Shown here: piece by piece, positions 48,148 to 59,004 of the stretch
Numbering within the stretch: the first letter of the stretch is position 1
Layout: each line of letters opens with the position of its first letter
The notes under the pieces: model-generated
What the model was told of the DNA's origin: nothing
Databases searched by the model: none
The model's input: only the letters and a program-made list of their open reading frames with translations
Assembly: GCA_963678315.1 (NCBI GenBank)
Contig: OY782781.1
Location: forward strand, 960,001-1,024,000
Origin: Candidatus Cloacimonadales bacterium
GTDB taxonomy: Bacteria > Cloacimonadota > Cloacimonadia > Cloacimonadales > JAFGVF01
Reading direction: 5' to 3'
Length of the DNA stretch: 64,000 bases
Program-made: the position numbers and the translations under genes

Positions 48148-50870
48148 AAAGATTTGTTAGCAAAATAAAGGATTCAAAGTTAAATATTCCTGTTCCTATT
48201 TTTGGTGTAGGTTGTGGAGTTTTAGGACTTAGTTTAAAGAAAATATCAGTTAATATTGGACAATATGCTTCGACATTGTTAAGAGCACTAGAATATAGGG
48301 GATATGACTCTACAGGTGCAGCAATTCAGAATAAAAAGAAGATAACACTTCTAAAAGATGTGGGTGCTCCAAGTACCCTTGTTAAAACCTTAGGGATCGA
48401 GAATCAAGAAGGTAAGCTCTTTTGTGGCCAAGTAAGATGGGCAACTTTTGGACAAGTAGATAAAGTTAATGCTCAACCTCACTGGGTTAAATGTAAAAGA
48501 GAAATCTATGGTGCTCACAACGGTAATATCACTAATACAAGAGACCTAAGGGAATTCCTTTTAGCAGAAGGTCATAATGTGAAATCTGATAATGATGGTG
48601 AAATGCTAGTTCATACAGTTGAGCATTATTTTGATATTGAATTGGATAAATTATCAAAGACAAAGCAAAATTCTGCTGATGAAAGAAGATTAGCAATGCG
48701 TAAGGCTATTGTTTCAGCAGCAGCTAAATGTGTTGGTTCTTATGCAGCTGTAATAGTTGACCCAGTAACTGAAATATCATGGTCAATTAAAGCTGGCTCA
48801 AGTCTATATTTTGGTATGGGTGAAATTGATGGAAATAGCTTTGGCTTAGCTTCTTCTGACCTTACAGCTGTTCTTAGATTTACTAAAATGTTAGTTAATC
48901 TTAGAGAAGGTGAATTTGTTGAATATGATTCTGATTCTTATCAAGTATATGCTTTAAGAAGCTGTTGTTTTAAGAAAGCTGGCTTAAAAGATGAATGTTA
49001 TAATCCTTGCGATAAAATAGAAAAAGAACTTGTTCGTTCTAAGTTAAGAGCAGAAGATACAGAACTTCTTCCTCAATATAAATACTTCATGGAACAAGAA
49101 ATATATTCCCAACCAGAATCTACTGGTAAGTTGATAAAAATCTATCAAGGTGGCTCTAATACAGGCCGTAGAATGATAGAATTTCTTAAAAGAGAAGATA
49201 TATATTCTGCAGTAGATAAGCTTGCTAATGATATAGCTAGCGTTGAAGAGTTTGATAAGAAGAAAGAATTCTTTGATAAGTTCTTGAAGGATAAAAAATC
49301 TGATGAATATTATAACAAAGCAAAAGAAGGTTATAAATCATTGTATGATGTTCTTGTAAAAGAAGATTTTGAAAATAAATACCTCTTCTCTGAAGAGAAG
49401 AATATGCTTATAGAACTTATGAATGGTGGTTTCTCACGTAAGAATCTACTTACTATTAAAGCTTTAGATAGTTACTATGAAAAGATAGAAACAGACCTTT
49501 ATCATAAGAATGTTAATGATTTTATAAAGATTGTTGAAAACACTAAGAAGAACCGTGGTGTAACTTATACAATTGCTTGTGGTACTTCTTATAATGCAAC
49601 AAAAGTTGCTGCTCAATTCTTCAATGAAATAGCAGGAATTGAGATTATTCCTATTCTACCTGGAGATTTCAGAGGAGAGTATTCCAACAGTTTGAAAGAC
49701 CATGATCTAATTATTGGTGTATCTCAAAGTGGTGAAACTAAAGATTTGATAGATATCTTCAATGATATTGATGCTTCAGGACTGAATATTAGTAAGGTTG
49801 TGGTTGTTAACAACATGAACTCAACTCTTGGACAAGAGAAGAGTGATGTAGCTATTCCTATTCATTGTGGACCTGAAATTGCTGTTCCTGCCACTAAGAG
49901 CTTTATGAATCAGCTAACAGTATTCTACTACTTAGCAATAAGAACAGCTGAAAGTCTTCTTGAAATGCATAAAGCAGACATGGATAAAGCCCAAGTATGG
50001 GAAAAAGAGCATACTATAGCTTATCGTAAGAAGACTCTAAACGATATTCCACTTCTTCTTAAAGAGACTATTTCTACAACTAAAGAATCTATTAGCTATG
50101 TTGCAAGCAAGGTTTATATGGAACCTTCAATGCACTTATTGGCTACGAAGATATCTGGTGTAGCTCTTGAAGGTTCTCTTAAGATTAGAGAGACAGTTCT
50201 CAACCATACTGAAGGTAGAGAAGCTTCTGAATTTAAGCATGGACCTAATACTATTCTTGGTAAGAACACAGTCTTTGGATTAAAAAATGTTAAAAAGCTT
50301 CTCAAGAAGATAAATCATGTTCATGATTTGATAGCTTCACGTGCTGATGAATTTAATTTAATTCCTGATGATACAGTAGCTTTAAACAAAGCTGTTACAA
50401 GTTATATCTTTGATAGAACTTTCCCATTTAACCTAAGTGCTAATGCAACTAAGTTGTTCAAGGTTCTTATCAATGAGGTTGATTTCTTTGATGAACTTTA
50501 TAGAAATTATCCACTAGTTTATATTACAGGTCCGGATGATCGTGATATTAATCTTACTATTTCACAAATAAACACACATAAGATTCGTGGAGCTGATACT
50601 TTCGTTATAGCTGAAGAGAATGATAAATTGCTCAACAATGCTAGATTAAACCCATTTGGCGATGGTAAGTATTATGGTTGGGGATATATTACTCTACCTA
50701 AAACAGGTGATACTCTAATGACTTGCTTCTCCGCGTCAATAGCCCTGCAATTGCTTTCATTAAGAATGAGTGTAAAGAAGATGGAGTATTTAGATAAACT
50801 AGGAGTTGTTGAACATGGTGTTCATCCTGATGTTCCTAAAAATGTGTCTAAATCAATTACTGTTGATTAA
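48144..50870 (+). CDS. glmS: Divergent, enlarged glutamine-fructose-6-phosphate transaminase (GlmS-like)
   Basis: CG, LEYRGYDS, RWAT, HNGNI, ACGTSY, SQSGET, GPEIAVPATKSF, ALEGSLK..E, KHGP, PKNVSKSITVD. Confidence 0.88.
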   Translation: MKRFVSKIKDSKLNIPVPIFGVGCGVLGLSLKKISVNIGQYASTLLRALEYRGYDSTGAAIQNKKKITLLKDVGAPSTLVKTLGIENQEGKLFCGQVRWATFGQVDKVNAQPHWVKCKREIYGAHNGNITNTRDLREFLLAEGHNVKSDNDGEMLVHTVEHYFDIELDKLSKTKQNSADERRLAMRKAIVSAAAKCVGSYAAVIVDPVTEISWSIKAGSSLYFGMGEIDGNSFGLASSDLTAVLRFTKMLVNLREGEFVEYDSDSYQVYALRSCCFKKAGLKDECYNPCDKIEKELVRSKLRAEDTELLPQYKYFMEQEIYSQPESTGKLIKIYQGGSNTGRRMIEFLKREDIYSAVDKLANDIASVEEFDKKKEFFDKFLKDKKSDEYYNKAKEGYKSLYDVLVKEDFENKYLFSEEKNMLIELMNGGFSRKNLLTIKALDSYYEKIETDLYHKNVNDFIKIVENTKKNRGVTYTIACGTSYNATKVAAQFFNEIAGIEIIPILPGDFRGEYSNSLKDHDLIIGVSQSGETKDLIDIFNDIDASGLNISKVVVVNNMNSTLGQEKSDVAIPIHCGPEIAVPATKSFMNQLTVFYYLAIRTAESLLEMHKADMDKAQVWEKEHTIAYRKKTLNDIPLLLKETISTTKESISYVASKVYMEPSMHLLATKISGVALEGSLKIRETVLNHTEGREASEFKHGPNTILGKNTVFGLKNVKKLLKKINHVHDLIASRADEFNLIPDDTVALNKAVTSYIFDRTFPFNLSANATKLFKVLINEVDFFDELYRNYPLVYITGPDDRDINLTISQINTHKIRGADTFVIAEENDKLLNNARLNPFGDGKYYGWGYITLPKTGDTLMTCFSASIALQLLSLRMSVKKMEYLDKLGVVEHGVHPDVPKNVSKSITVD

Positions 50871-50899
50871 TAGAATAAACTAGTATTATATATATTTTT

Positions 50900-51150
50900 G
50901 AGACCATCGAAAGATGGTCTCTGACTTTTGACAAAGAGTTTAGTGTTGAAAATTACATACTAAAAGATAAAATGGCTTGTCTATTGAGATTCGACATATC
51001 TTAGCTAAATCTTTAGCATTCGAAGTATTACAATACGTCTTCGGCAAAAGATTCAGCTAAGCTATTGTCGATTTGTTTTTGTAAAAACAAAGCAAAAACA
51101 AAGAGTCTTGACTTTATCAAGACTCTCAAACCATCCAAAGATGGTCTCAA
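50900..51150. mobile_element. ~250-bp non-coding MITE-like/IS remnant flanked by a duplicated hairpin
   Basis: Hairpin GAGACCATC-gaaa-GATGGTCTC at left, ACCATC-caaa-GATGGTCTC at right; imperfect inverted ends GACTTTTGACAAAG and CTTTATCAAGACTC. Confidence 0.55.
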
Positions 51151-51169
51151 TTATTTTTTTCCCTTACAA

Positions 51170-52081
51170 TTATCTTAGCTTAGCTATAGCTTCCCAAATC
51201 TTATTTTCATCAAATTCTAATCCGATAAGTTCTTCTTCTGCATCTTTCCAGTCAGTAAGCAAGCTATCAGTGTATATCTTTGCTGTAGTTATTTGATTGT
51301 TTTTAAGATTGAGATTAAGTTTAATAATTCCAAAAGGGAATCTCTTTTCAATTTCGATTTGATACTTAGGTGTTTTAGAATAAATCCACTCATCCGAGCT
51401 TATAAATGAAGAAAGTTCTTTGTCGATATTATCAATAGTAACATCCTCTACAGGCATAGACTGGCCATAAACATCTTCAAAGCCTTTATAAAGAGCTTCT
51501 CTTAGCTTATCCATAGTTAGAGAACTATCGACTTCACTAAGATTAATAACTCGTGATTTTACAGATTTAATACCTTTTGATTCTAGCTTAAGTTTAGAGG
51601 GGGTTAAGCATTTAGAAAGTCTGGTCATGTCAGCATTAAGAAGTAGAGTCCCATGAAGAACATACATGTCTTTATGAGCGAAATAGGCTTGTCCGGAAAA
51701 CTTTGCACCATTGATTGTCATATCATTTCTTCCAGAGAATTCAACTTCCAGTTTTAGGTGTTCAAAAGCTTTGAATAAAAACTGTTTAGCTACTTCTAAA
51801 TCGTACTTGTCAGCTTTCATTACAAGAGTATAGTTAATATTCCCTAAATCATGAAATACAGCTCCTCCACCAGAGAATCTCCTTGCTAAAAGAATATTAT
51901 GCTCTTTTAAATACTCAAGATTACATTCTACAAGAGGATTCTGGTTTCTTCCTATTACAACAGCTGGACTGTTTTGCCATAAAAAGAGACTTACATCATC
52001 ATTAGTATTTTGGCTAAGTTGACGTTCAAAAGCGATGTTGTAATGCACATTATTTATTTTAGAATCGTATATTTTATTCAT
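51170..52081 (-). CDS. lplA: Lipoate-protein ligase
   Basis: LWQN...VIGRNQNP, RRFSGGGAVFHDLGN, GRND...KFSGQA, HGTLL, KGIKSVKSRV.NL. Confidence 0.95.
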   Translation of the reverse strand: MNKIYDSKINNVHYNIAFERQLSQNTNDDVSLFLWQNSPAVVIGRNQNPLVECNLEYLKEHNILLARRFSGGGAVFHDLGNINYTLVMKADKYDLEVAKQFLFKAFEHLKLEVEFSGRNDMTINGAKFSGQAYFAHKDMYVLHGTLLLNADMTRLSKCLTPSKLKLESKGIKSVKSRVINLSEVDSSLTMDKLREALYKGFEDVYGQSMPVEDVTIDNIDKELSSFISSDEWIYSKTPKYQIEIEKRFPFGIIKLNLNLKNNQITTAKIYTDSLLTDWKDAEEELIGLEFDENKIWEAIAKLR

Positions 52082-52091
52082 CTTATCTCAC

Positions 52092-53111
52092 TTATTCATT
52101 CTTTTCATTAATTCGAAGTTTTACACCTTCTCCACAGTTTCTGCAAATTTCTATAGCCTTACGGTTCTTTAGAATTGCATTTCTCATTCTTTGGAAAGCA
52201 TCTCCATGCCAGATTGAGAGTAGAGATTGGTCTTTTACATTACCAACAGGGAATTCTATGTCTTTATCGAAACAGCATATTGCCACTTGACCATTCCAGT
52301 TAACAACAGGTTGTTGCCACATTCTTCGACACTTATTCTCCATCTTAAACTTAATCTCAAAGTCATTTCCCGAAATATTGTATCTTCTATACTTCGGATT
52401 ATCAGGTAAGAAAGCAATATCTTCTTTAGTATAAATCTGAACTGTTTTTAAGCTTAGCTGGTCCACTTCATACTCTTTAGCCATCTTCTCTATCTCTTCG
52501 ATTTCATGTTCATTATGTTTCATAACTAGGAACTGCCAGCGAATAATAGGAGTCTTTGATTTAAGTCTTTTCTTAGCTTCTACAAGCTTCTTCACATTAT
52601 CAAGAACTTTGGAAAGCTGACCATTCACTCGATACTTGTTATAAGTTTCCTGAGTAGCACCATCTAAAGATACTATCATGGAATCAATACCTGATTTAAC
52701 AACTTCATCAGCATCAATATCAGCGTTTAAGTTAGTTGAAACAAGTGTAAATAATCCTTGATCTGTAGCATACTTAACCATTTTATTCATATCTTTATTA
52801 AGATAAGGTTCTCCTTGATTCCAGAGAATTATCATGGTTACATAGTCTTTTACTTCATCAATTACTTTCTTAAAAAGCTCGAAGGACATATATCCTTTGG
52901 CTCGTTTCAAGGTCCCATTCCCGGAAGGACAAAGCGGACATTTTAAATTACAAATATTGGTAGGTTCAATCATAACAGCAGTTGGGTAGCCCCACACAAG
53001 ACTCTTATGAGTAAAATTAGAAATATATCTTGAAACATTACTTAACACTAAATTATTGATTTTAGTTAAATTAAGGTTTTTTTCGACAATTCGTTTATTT
53101 TGTTTTAGCAT
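52092..53111 (-). CDS. Radical SAM protein with SPASM/twitch domain
   Basis: EPTNICNLKCPLC, GEP, C-terminal C...W...V..NG.V.ICC.D and C..C. Confidence 0.9.
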   Translation of the reverse strand: MLKQNKRIVEKNLNLTKINNLVLSNVSRYISNFTHKSLVWGYPTAVMIEPTNICNLKCPLCPSGNGTLKRAKGYMSFELFKKVIDEVKDYVTMIILWNQGEPYLNKDMNKMVKYATDQGLFTLVSTNLNADIDADEVVKSGIDSMIVSLDGATQETYNKYRVNGQLSKVLDNVKKLVEAKKRLKSKTPIIRWQFLVMKHNEHEIEEIEKMAKEYEVDQLSLKTVQIYTKEDIAFLPDNPKYRRYNISGNDFEIKFKMENKCRRMWQQPVVNWNGQVAICCFDKDIEFPVGNVKDQSLLSIWHGDAFQRMRNAILKNRKAIEICRNCGEGVKLRINEKNE

Positions 53112-53114
53112 ATT

Positions 53115-56100
53115 TTATTTATCCATTATTATAAATTTCTCGCGATGAGTAATTGTTTTTTCTTCAGTAGAAGCTTTGATGATATAGAAGTAAGTATTAT
53201 TAGCTAGTTTATCTCCATGCTTATCTCTTCCGTTCCAAAGAATCTTATTAAATCCCTTAGTCACATACTGTGAAATAGATTGAATCTTTTTACCTGTAAT
53301 AGTATATATATCAATAGCTACATTAGCATCATTATTTATGATGAAGGTAAAGTAACCCCCATTTTTAGGCATTGGGTTAGGATATGGTAAGATATTAGTA
53401 AGAGCTAAAGAACTAGATTCAGTAACCTTGAAGTTAATGCTTTTAACAGAAGGTCTATTGAGATTATCAAAAGCTAATATTTTAAGCACATGGTCACCAA
53501 CTGATAAGTCAGTAATCTGATATTCAACTTTACCTTTTTGATAAGAGTCTATATCAAAGGCAAAATATTCAGTAATATCAATAGGATTAAAGTCATCATC
53601 AATAATTAAGCTAAGCTTATGACCTGTAGAACCAAGTACGTTTATTCCGTTTTCATCTTCGATATTAGCTATAAGAAGTGGATTCTGTGAAACTGTATCA
53701 CCTTCTCTGAAATCATAGGATTCTAGCCAAATATCAATATTAGGAGCAGATTGATTATCTACAAAGAAGTCATGTCCAGCTAATTCAAGAGGATAATAGT
53801 AATCTAAATGTTCTTCTTTTGTGGCTTCATCATAACCATAAACAAGAACTTTTCCTTTAGGTCCATCAATGATATCTTCAGGAACCACAAAAGCAAGGTC
53901 ATAGTTGCCAGCATTTACAGAAGTCTTTCCATCAAAGATTTTATTTCCTTGCTTTGCTACATAGACTGTATCGTATGGAGTTACCAAACTATCTAATTGA
54001 GCTGAATCAAAAGCAATAACCATTGCTTCATCTAGATTGAAATTATTGATACTTCCTTGCATGAAAACTGTTTCTTTGGCTTGATAAGAAGGATCATGAT
54101 CGACCAATGAAGCATTAGTAGTTCTAGCTGGTGGAACTGCTTGTACATGAGGGTCTCCAAAGAGTACAAACTTCTCATTGTTAAAGGAAGAAGATGTGTT
54201 TCTAGCTTTAGCAAACATTAGGGCTGTTCCAACATCATTTCTATTCTCAAGAGCTTCATATACGATGTCTCCTGCTAGACTATTATTTGATGGTGAAACA
54301 CAGAGTCTTGTAGAACCAATACTATTGATTGCACCTCCATCTTCACTAAGCATTACATCAGTAGATAAACAATCAAATTCTGGACTATCAAACTGAGATA
54401 CGTCACAAGCTGCAGTAATCAAGACTGTTCTACGTTTATCATTAGTTAAACGCTCAGTATCTATATCACGTCTGAAAAATGCTTCAGTACCAAGTTGGTC
54501 ATAACTACCGTGACCTGCATAATATGTGTAAATGTTTCCACGATTAATTTCAGTTATGAGATCTTCTCTAACATTTGGTTTTTTACCTAATTCATCAGGC
54601 TCATAGAGATGAGCATGAAGTTTGTTTAAAATTACTCCACTTGGTAAATTTGTAATATTCATTTCCATATCTTCAACATGGTAATCTTCCCATAAAGTAG
54701 TACCATTTTCTAAATCGTCAGTTAAGAAAAGTGCTCTATTTCGCCACCAACCAAAATCAAATTCTTTGTTAGAATACTCTTCAAACTTATCAATCATTAG
54801 GTCTAGTTCATTAGTATTCTTGGCAGGATATCTAGCTATAGCAAGATCTGGTTTATTAATTTGGTTGATATAAACAAAGAAGTCATCGGAATTTGTATTA
54901 TCGCTATTAGTTGAACTAGGATTCAGATAGACTATCATCTTGTTTTTTACAGCAGAACCTGATTTATTATTTCTCCAATCATAAGTACCACTACCAAGAA
55001 GAATAACATATTCAGGTCTTTCAGAAGACTCATTATACACATATCTTATGTAGTTTCTAATAGCTGTTGGGTCTACCATGCCACCATTGAAAGTATTATA
55101 TATGTCTTCTGCTTTAGCAATGTAAGTTGACTGCCCATATAATGAAGCATACAAAGATGCAAGTCTCTCAGCTTGAGGATAGAAGTCATCAGGTGTGATA
55201 ATCAAGTTAGTCTTATCAAGACTATTAACCAGAATATCATTACCATAGAATTCTTCAATACTAGCTATTGAGTAATAATCATTGTCTGTAATATAGAATT
55301 GTTCAATTAAGTCTTCATTATCGTTTTCATCTTCATCAACAAATACCTTTCCTACAAAGGATAAGCTATTATTAGAGCTTTCAAAGTCAAGAAGTGATAC
55401 ATCATAAAGGTCAGGAGTTGCAAAAACAAGAGTATTGTTGCTAAAGCTACCTGTGAAATCATATTTTACAGGTGTATTTATATCTTCTATAAAGTAGTTA
55501 ACTCCATATTGTTTGCCCGATCTTTTTAAGTTCTTTTTGAGATAGTAAAGCTGAATCCAATCTAAATAAATGTTATCTTTTCCTGTACGTTCAATTGTTA
55601 CGGTTACTTCATTATTACCTTCATTGAAAGTAAGCTCATCTTCCTCAACAATTACATAGGTAGAACCAGTCCATGATTTAGAGTCTACCACAACTTCATC
55701 ATTTAAAGATATTGATGCATAATGTCGAGAAGAAGTTCCCGAAGATCTCTTCTCTTCAATCATAGATATTCTAAAATAGTTATAGTTCCCGTTGCTAACA
55801 GGATCAAGGTCTTCGATATCTAAATCAAAGTTGTAGTTAGAAGTAGAAGACCCTGCTAAATAATTAGAGAACCAGAAATAGTTAGTTTGAAGACGTTTAT
55901 AGAAGTCTCTCTCATAATGACTGGCATTAGGGTTGTTTGTTCTTGATATAGTTGCTATTTCAGAGTTATTCTCTTGCATAATACGTCTAGGTTGATCGTT
56001 GATGTTAGCATCATAAGTTAGCCAATAAACACCATTATCCGAGAAAGGATTATTCTTAATTTGGCTTGATATATTGCTAGTATAATCATAGTCATTTCTA

Positions 56101-56999
56101 TCCCTAGCATAGAAGATTATTTTGTCAGAAGTATCAAAGTTAGAATCGTCTTCTCCTGTCACAAGCAATGGAATCTCTGCAAAAGGGTTTCCAGTGTCGA
56201 GATTACGACCTTTTAGTTTATTACCTTTAGCAGTAAACATTCTAAAGTTATGAGGGTCAATATCACTTAAAGTCATAAGACTATTAAGTTGATTATAGCC
56301 TATTGAGAATATACCGTCTTTATCAACTTCAATCTTGTACCAGTGGTTAGCAATATCAAAGTTAGCATATTCAACCTCATAACGTTTTGGATTGATAGTG
56401 AACAAATTTTCTTTGTTAACAAATGCAGATGCAAAGTCTCTTTCTAGTCTATCAAAAACAGATGATTTAGTATTTGATTTTTCTAAGCTAAAATATATGT
56501 TTATCTTCTTAAAGACTTCTAGTGTATTGGAAGCATAATCATATTTAAATGGTCTAATAATTAAATCAGCATAGCTCAAATTTCTAAATGATTGCTTCTC
56601 TCCAAACTGAACCAAATCATAGTTATTTTCATATTTAGAAGAATCTATCTCATATATATATTCATCAACTTGATTTCCTCTTACAACTTGTGGGAAAGGA
56701 ATTAAAGCCTTCTCAAGAGTGATAGTTTCAGACTCTATCACACTATAATGAAGATTTGCTACAAATCCTTCTGGAACTGAGAACTGTTGTATGTATAAGG
56801 GTATTTGAGGACCATTTTCATCAACAATATATGATGCAGAATCAAACAAAATCCTAGAATATTCATCCTTATTATTAATTCTATAGTTTTCAAGAGTAAA
56901 AGAGATTTGCTCTTGATTAGATACTCGATTTCTAGTAATACTAACAGCAGATAAAACTGTTGTAACACAGAGTAATAGCAATATTATTGCTTTCTTCAT
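53115..56999 (-). CDS. porU: PorU-like C25 peptidase (T9SS sortase-type) with C-terminal sorting domain
   Basis: WYKIEVDKDGIF, IIFYA, YWLT, IY..F.GG..DPTAIR, YAGHG (His) and AACD (Cys), LFGDP, AFDNLN, PYPNP..IYTITGK..WNGRD. Confidence 0.8.
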   Translation of the reverse strand: MKKAIILLLLCVTTVLSAVSITRNRVSNQEQISFTLENYRINNKDEYSRILFDSASYIVDENGPQIPLYIQQFSVPEGFVANLHYSVIESETITLEKALIPFPQVVRGNQVDEYIYEIDSSKYENNYDLVQFGEKQSFRNLSYADLIIRPFKYDYASNTLEVFKKINIYFSLEKSNTKSSVFDRLERDFASAFVNKENLFTINPKRYEVEYANFDIANHWYKIEVDKDGIFSIGYNQLNSLMTLSDIDPHNFRMFTAKGNKLKGRNLDTGNPFAEIPLLVTGEDDSNFDTSDKIIFYARDRNDYDYTSNISSQIKNNPFSDNGVYWLTYDANINDQPRRIMQENNSEIATISRTNNPNASHYERDFYKRLQTNYFWFSNYLAGSSTSNYNFDLDIEDLDPVSNGNYNYFRISMIEEKRSSGTSSRHYASISLNDEVVVDSKSWTGSTYVIVEEDELTFNEGNNEVTVTIERTGKDNIYLDWIQLYYLKKNLKRSGKQYGVNYFIEDINTPVKYDFTGSFSNNTLVFATPDLYDVSLLDFESSNNSLSFVGKVFVDEDENDNEDLIEQFYITDNDYYSIASIEEFYGNDILVNSLDKTNLIITPDDFYPQAERLASLYASLYGQSTYIAKAEDIYNTFNGGMVDPTAIRNYIRYVYNESSERPEYVILLGSGTYDWRNNKSGSAVKNKMIVYLNPSSTNSDNTNSDDFFVYINQINKPDLAIARYPAKNTNELDLMIDKFEEYSNKEFDFGWWRNRALFLTDDLENGTTLWEDYHVEDMEMNITNLPSGVILNKLHAHLYEPDELGKKPNVREDLITEINRGNIYTYYAGHGSYDQLGTEAFFRRDIDTERLTNDKRRTVLITAACDVSQFDSPEFDCLSTDVMLSEDGGAINSIGSTRLCVSPSNNSLAGDIVYEALENRNDVGTALMFAKARNTSSSFNNEKFVLFGDPHVQAVPPARTTNASLVDHDPSYQAKETVFMQGSINNFNLDEAMVIAFDSAQLDSLVTPYDTVYVAKQGNKIFDGKTSVNAGNYDLAFVVPEDIIDGPKGKVLVYGYDEATKEEHLDYYYPLELAGHDFFVDNQSAPNIDIWLESYDFREGDTVSQNPLLIANIEDENGINVLGSTGHKLSLIIDDDFNPIDITEYFAFDIDSYQKGKVEYQITDLSVGDHVLKILAFDNLNRPSVKSINFKVTESSSLALTNILPYPNPMPKNGGYFTFIINNDANVAIDIYTITGKKIQSISQYVTKGFNKILWNGRDKHGDKLANNTYFYIIKASTEEKTITHREKFIIMDK

Positions 57000-57021
57000 T
57001 AAGCCTCCGATATCAATAATA

Positions 57022-58677
57022 TTAATTTATCATAACAACCTTTTTATAGTAGTGGTTGTTACCTACTTTAATCTTCAATAAATAAGTGCCACTAGGTATA
57101 TTATAAAGCAATTTACTTAAATTTGCCTCCTTAATTTTCCCAGAATATTTAATTTCATTAACTTTCTGACCTTTTATATTATATATAGAAATAATTTCAA
57201 GGGAATTCTGTCCATTATTAATTTTAACTTCTGAGTCTAAACTAATAGGATTAGGGAAAATGTCTAGTATAGAACTATTAGGAAGTTCAATACTTTGAAA
57301 ATTATCTTCTCCCGAATAATGGATAAATGATATAGCCTCTGAAAAACAGGATTCAGTGTTTGTATATAATGCTTCAATCCAAAGATATCCATTATCTTGG
57401 AGCTCGTGTAATGAGTAACTTGAAGTAGCTAGATTGTTTTCAATTAGTTCATGATTAATTCTTATAGAATTAGCTAAGTCATCATTCCTAGAATAATAGA
57501 TATTGAAGCCAATTATGTTATAGCTATTTGATAATGACCACTCTATATATTGAGCATTATTATTATTACTTACTATGTTGTAGCTAAAATTAAGCACCGG
57601 AAGTGTTTCATTAAGTTCAAATTCACCTGGAGCCGATTCATTAAGCTGATTTACCTGATAGTAAATCCAATCATCAGAACTCGATGTTTCTTGAGTAGAT
57701 TGATTTCCTGATTGTCTTACGATATATCCTTCATTAAAGTTAACACCCACAACTCTATCTATAATTTCTCGCTTATCATTATCTACTAGTTGAGCACCAT
57801 CTTTATTTAATCCATCCCATAACCAGCTTTTTCTATGCCAATCATAAGTAGAAATCTTGTTAGCTTCTATATTATTATCAAAATCACCAACAACAATAGA
57901 TTCACCTGGTACAATCAAACCAGTCAGTTCCCAAGAGTAAAAAGTACGATTATAATAAATAGCCTCCATCGTTATTGTAGATAAATCAATGATTTTATCA
58001 CCAATATTGCTTATTTGAATGTATTTTTCAGTATCATTATTGTTGTTGGGAATACACATTTTTGAAATAATTAGACCATTGTTATTTGTTGATTTTTCAC
58101 CTTGGTATAAGCTTACTTTTTTAATACGATAATATTCATTTTCCGCAGAGCAATCTATTTCTAAACAAATTTTACATTCAGAAGTGTTGTTTATCCTTCC
58201 AGAAAGTTTGTTTCTACCAAACGCCCCTTGAAACTCATCCACTAAAATAACATTGTCTAGATTATCTAAATAGTAGCATTTCACATAATCTTCAGAAGAG
58301 CAGGGAGAAGAATAATCATCACATTCGCTAGAACTCTCAAGTTCGATATCCAGATAATAGCTGTCTTCTGCATCTAAGGTGATTGTTTCGCTTTGCCAGA
58401 TAAAACCTTGATTGATGTCATTCAACTGGTAGGAACATTCTAAATCTCTAGCCTCTAATACTCCATCTATTACCCTAAAATAGTCAGGAGAAGTATCATT
58501 CTCTAATGAAACATTTCTGTTGTCTATAGACCAGTCATTATCAGGATTTAAGAACACATCACCAGTAAAACCATAGCCTTCTTGAGAAGGAAAATTTGTT
58601 GACCATATCACTTCAATAGAAAATAAATTACACACTATTGATACATACACTATCAAAGATAAAATCATATTTTTCAT
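57022..58677 (-). CDS. Secreted lamin-tail-like domain protein with T9SS-type C-terminal domain
   Basis: LIISKM....EKYIQISN....IDLS, TLPV linker, IFPNP..IYNIKGQKV..SGTYLLKI. Confidence 0.7.
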   Translation of the reverse strand: MKNMILSLIVYVSIVCNLFSIEVIWSTNFPSQEGYGFTGDVFLNPDNDWSIDNRNVSLENDTSPDYFRVIDGVLEARDLECSYQLNDINQGFIWQSETITLDAEDSYYLDIELESSSECDDYSSPCSSEDYVKCYYLDNLDNVILVDEFQGAFGRNKLSGRINNTSECKICLEIDCSAENEYYRIKKVSLYQGEKSTNNNGLIISKMCIPNNNNDTEKYIQISNIGDKIIDLSTITMEAIYYNRTFYSWELTGLIVPGESIVVGDFDNNIEANKISTYDWHRKSWLWDGLNKDGAQLVDNDKREIIDRVVGVNFNEGYIVRQSGNQSTQETSSSDDWIYYQVNQLNESAPGEFELNETLPVLNFSYNIVSNNNNAQYIEWSLSNSYNIIGFNIYYSRNDDLANSIRINHELIENNLATSSYSLHELQDNGYLWIEALYTNTESCFSEAISFIHYSGEDNFQSIELPNSSILDIFPNPISLDSEVKINNGQNSLEIISIYNIKGQKVNEIKYSGKIKEANLSKLLYNIPSGTYLLKIKVGNNHYYKKVVMIN

Positions 58678-58956
58678 GCCGACTCCTTAGACCACCTTTT
58701 GTATTATGTAAACAATTAAGTCCATAATAGTTGGGTATGTCAAGAAATTTGTAGTAAAGAGCTAAATTATACCATTTTATAGCATTATAATATATTAGAT
58801 ATTGTCACTTGTATAAAAAAGCAACTAATGGTTACATTTCATTTAAGCTAAGTATATTTTGTTATTAATTTAAATACTGCCATACAGTATTCATAATTTG
58901 CCTTTTAGAAACAATTATATGCAATTCAATGCAGATAGATATGAGATATCATTAAG

Positions 58957-58972
58957 TGGAACCAAACTTGCA
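58957..58972 (+). promoter_or_regulatory. Sigma54 (-24/-12) promoter candidate
   Basis: TGGAAC-CAAAC-TTGCA (GG-N10-GC), 32 nt upstream of the ATG at 59005. Confidence 0.65.
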
Positions 58973-59004
58973 CTTAATACTGTTAAAATCTTTTTGGAGG
59001 TTAC

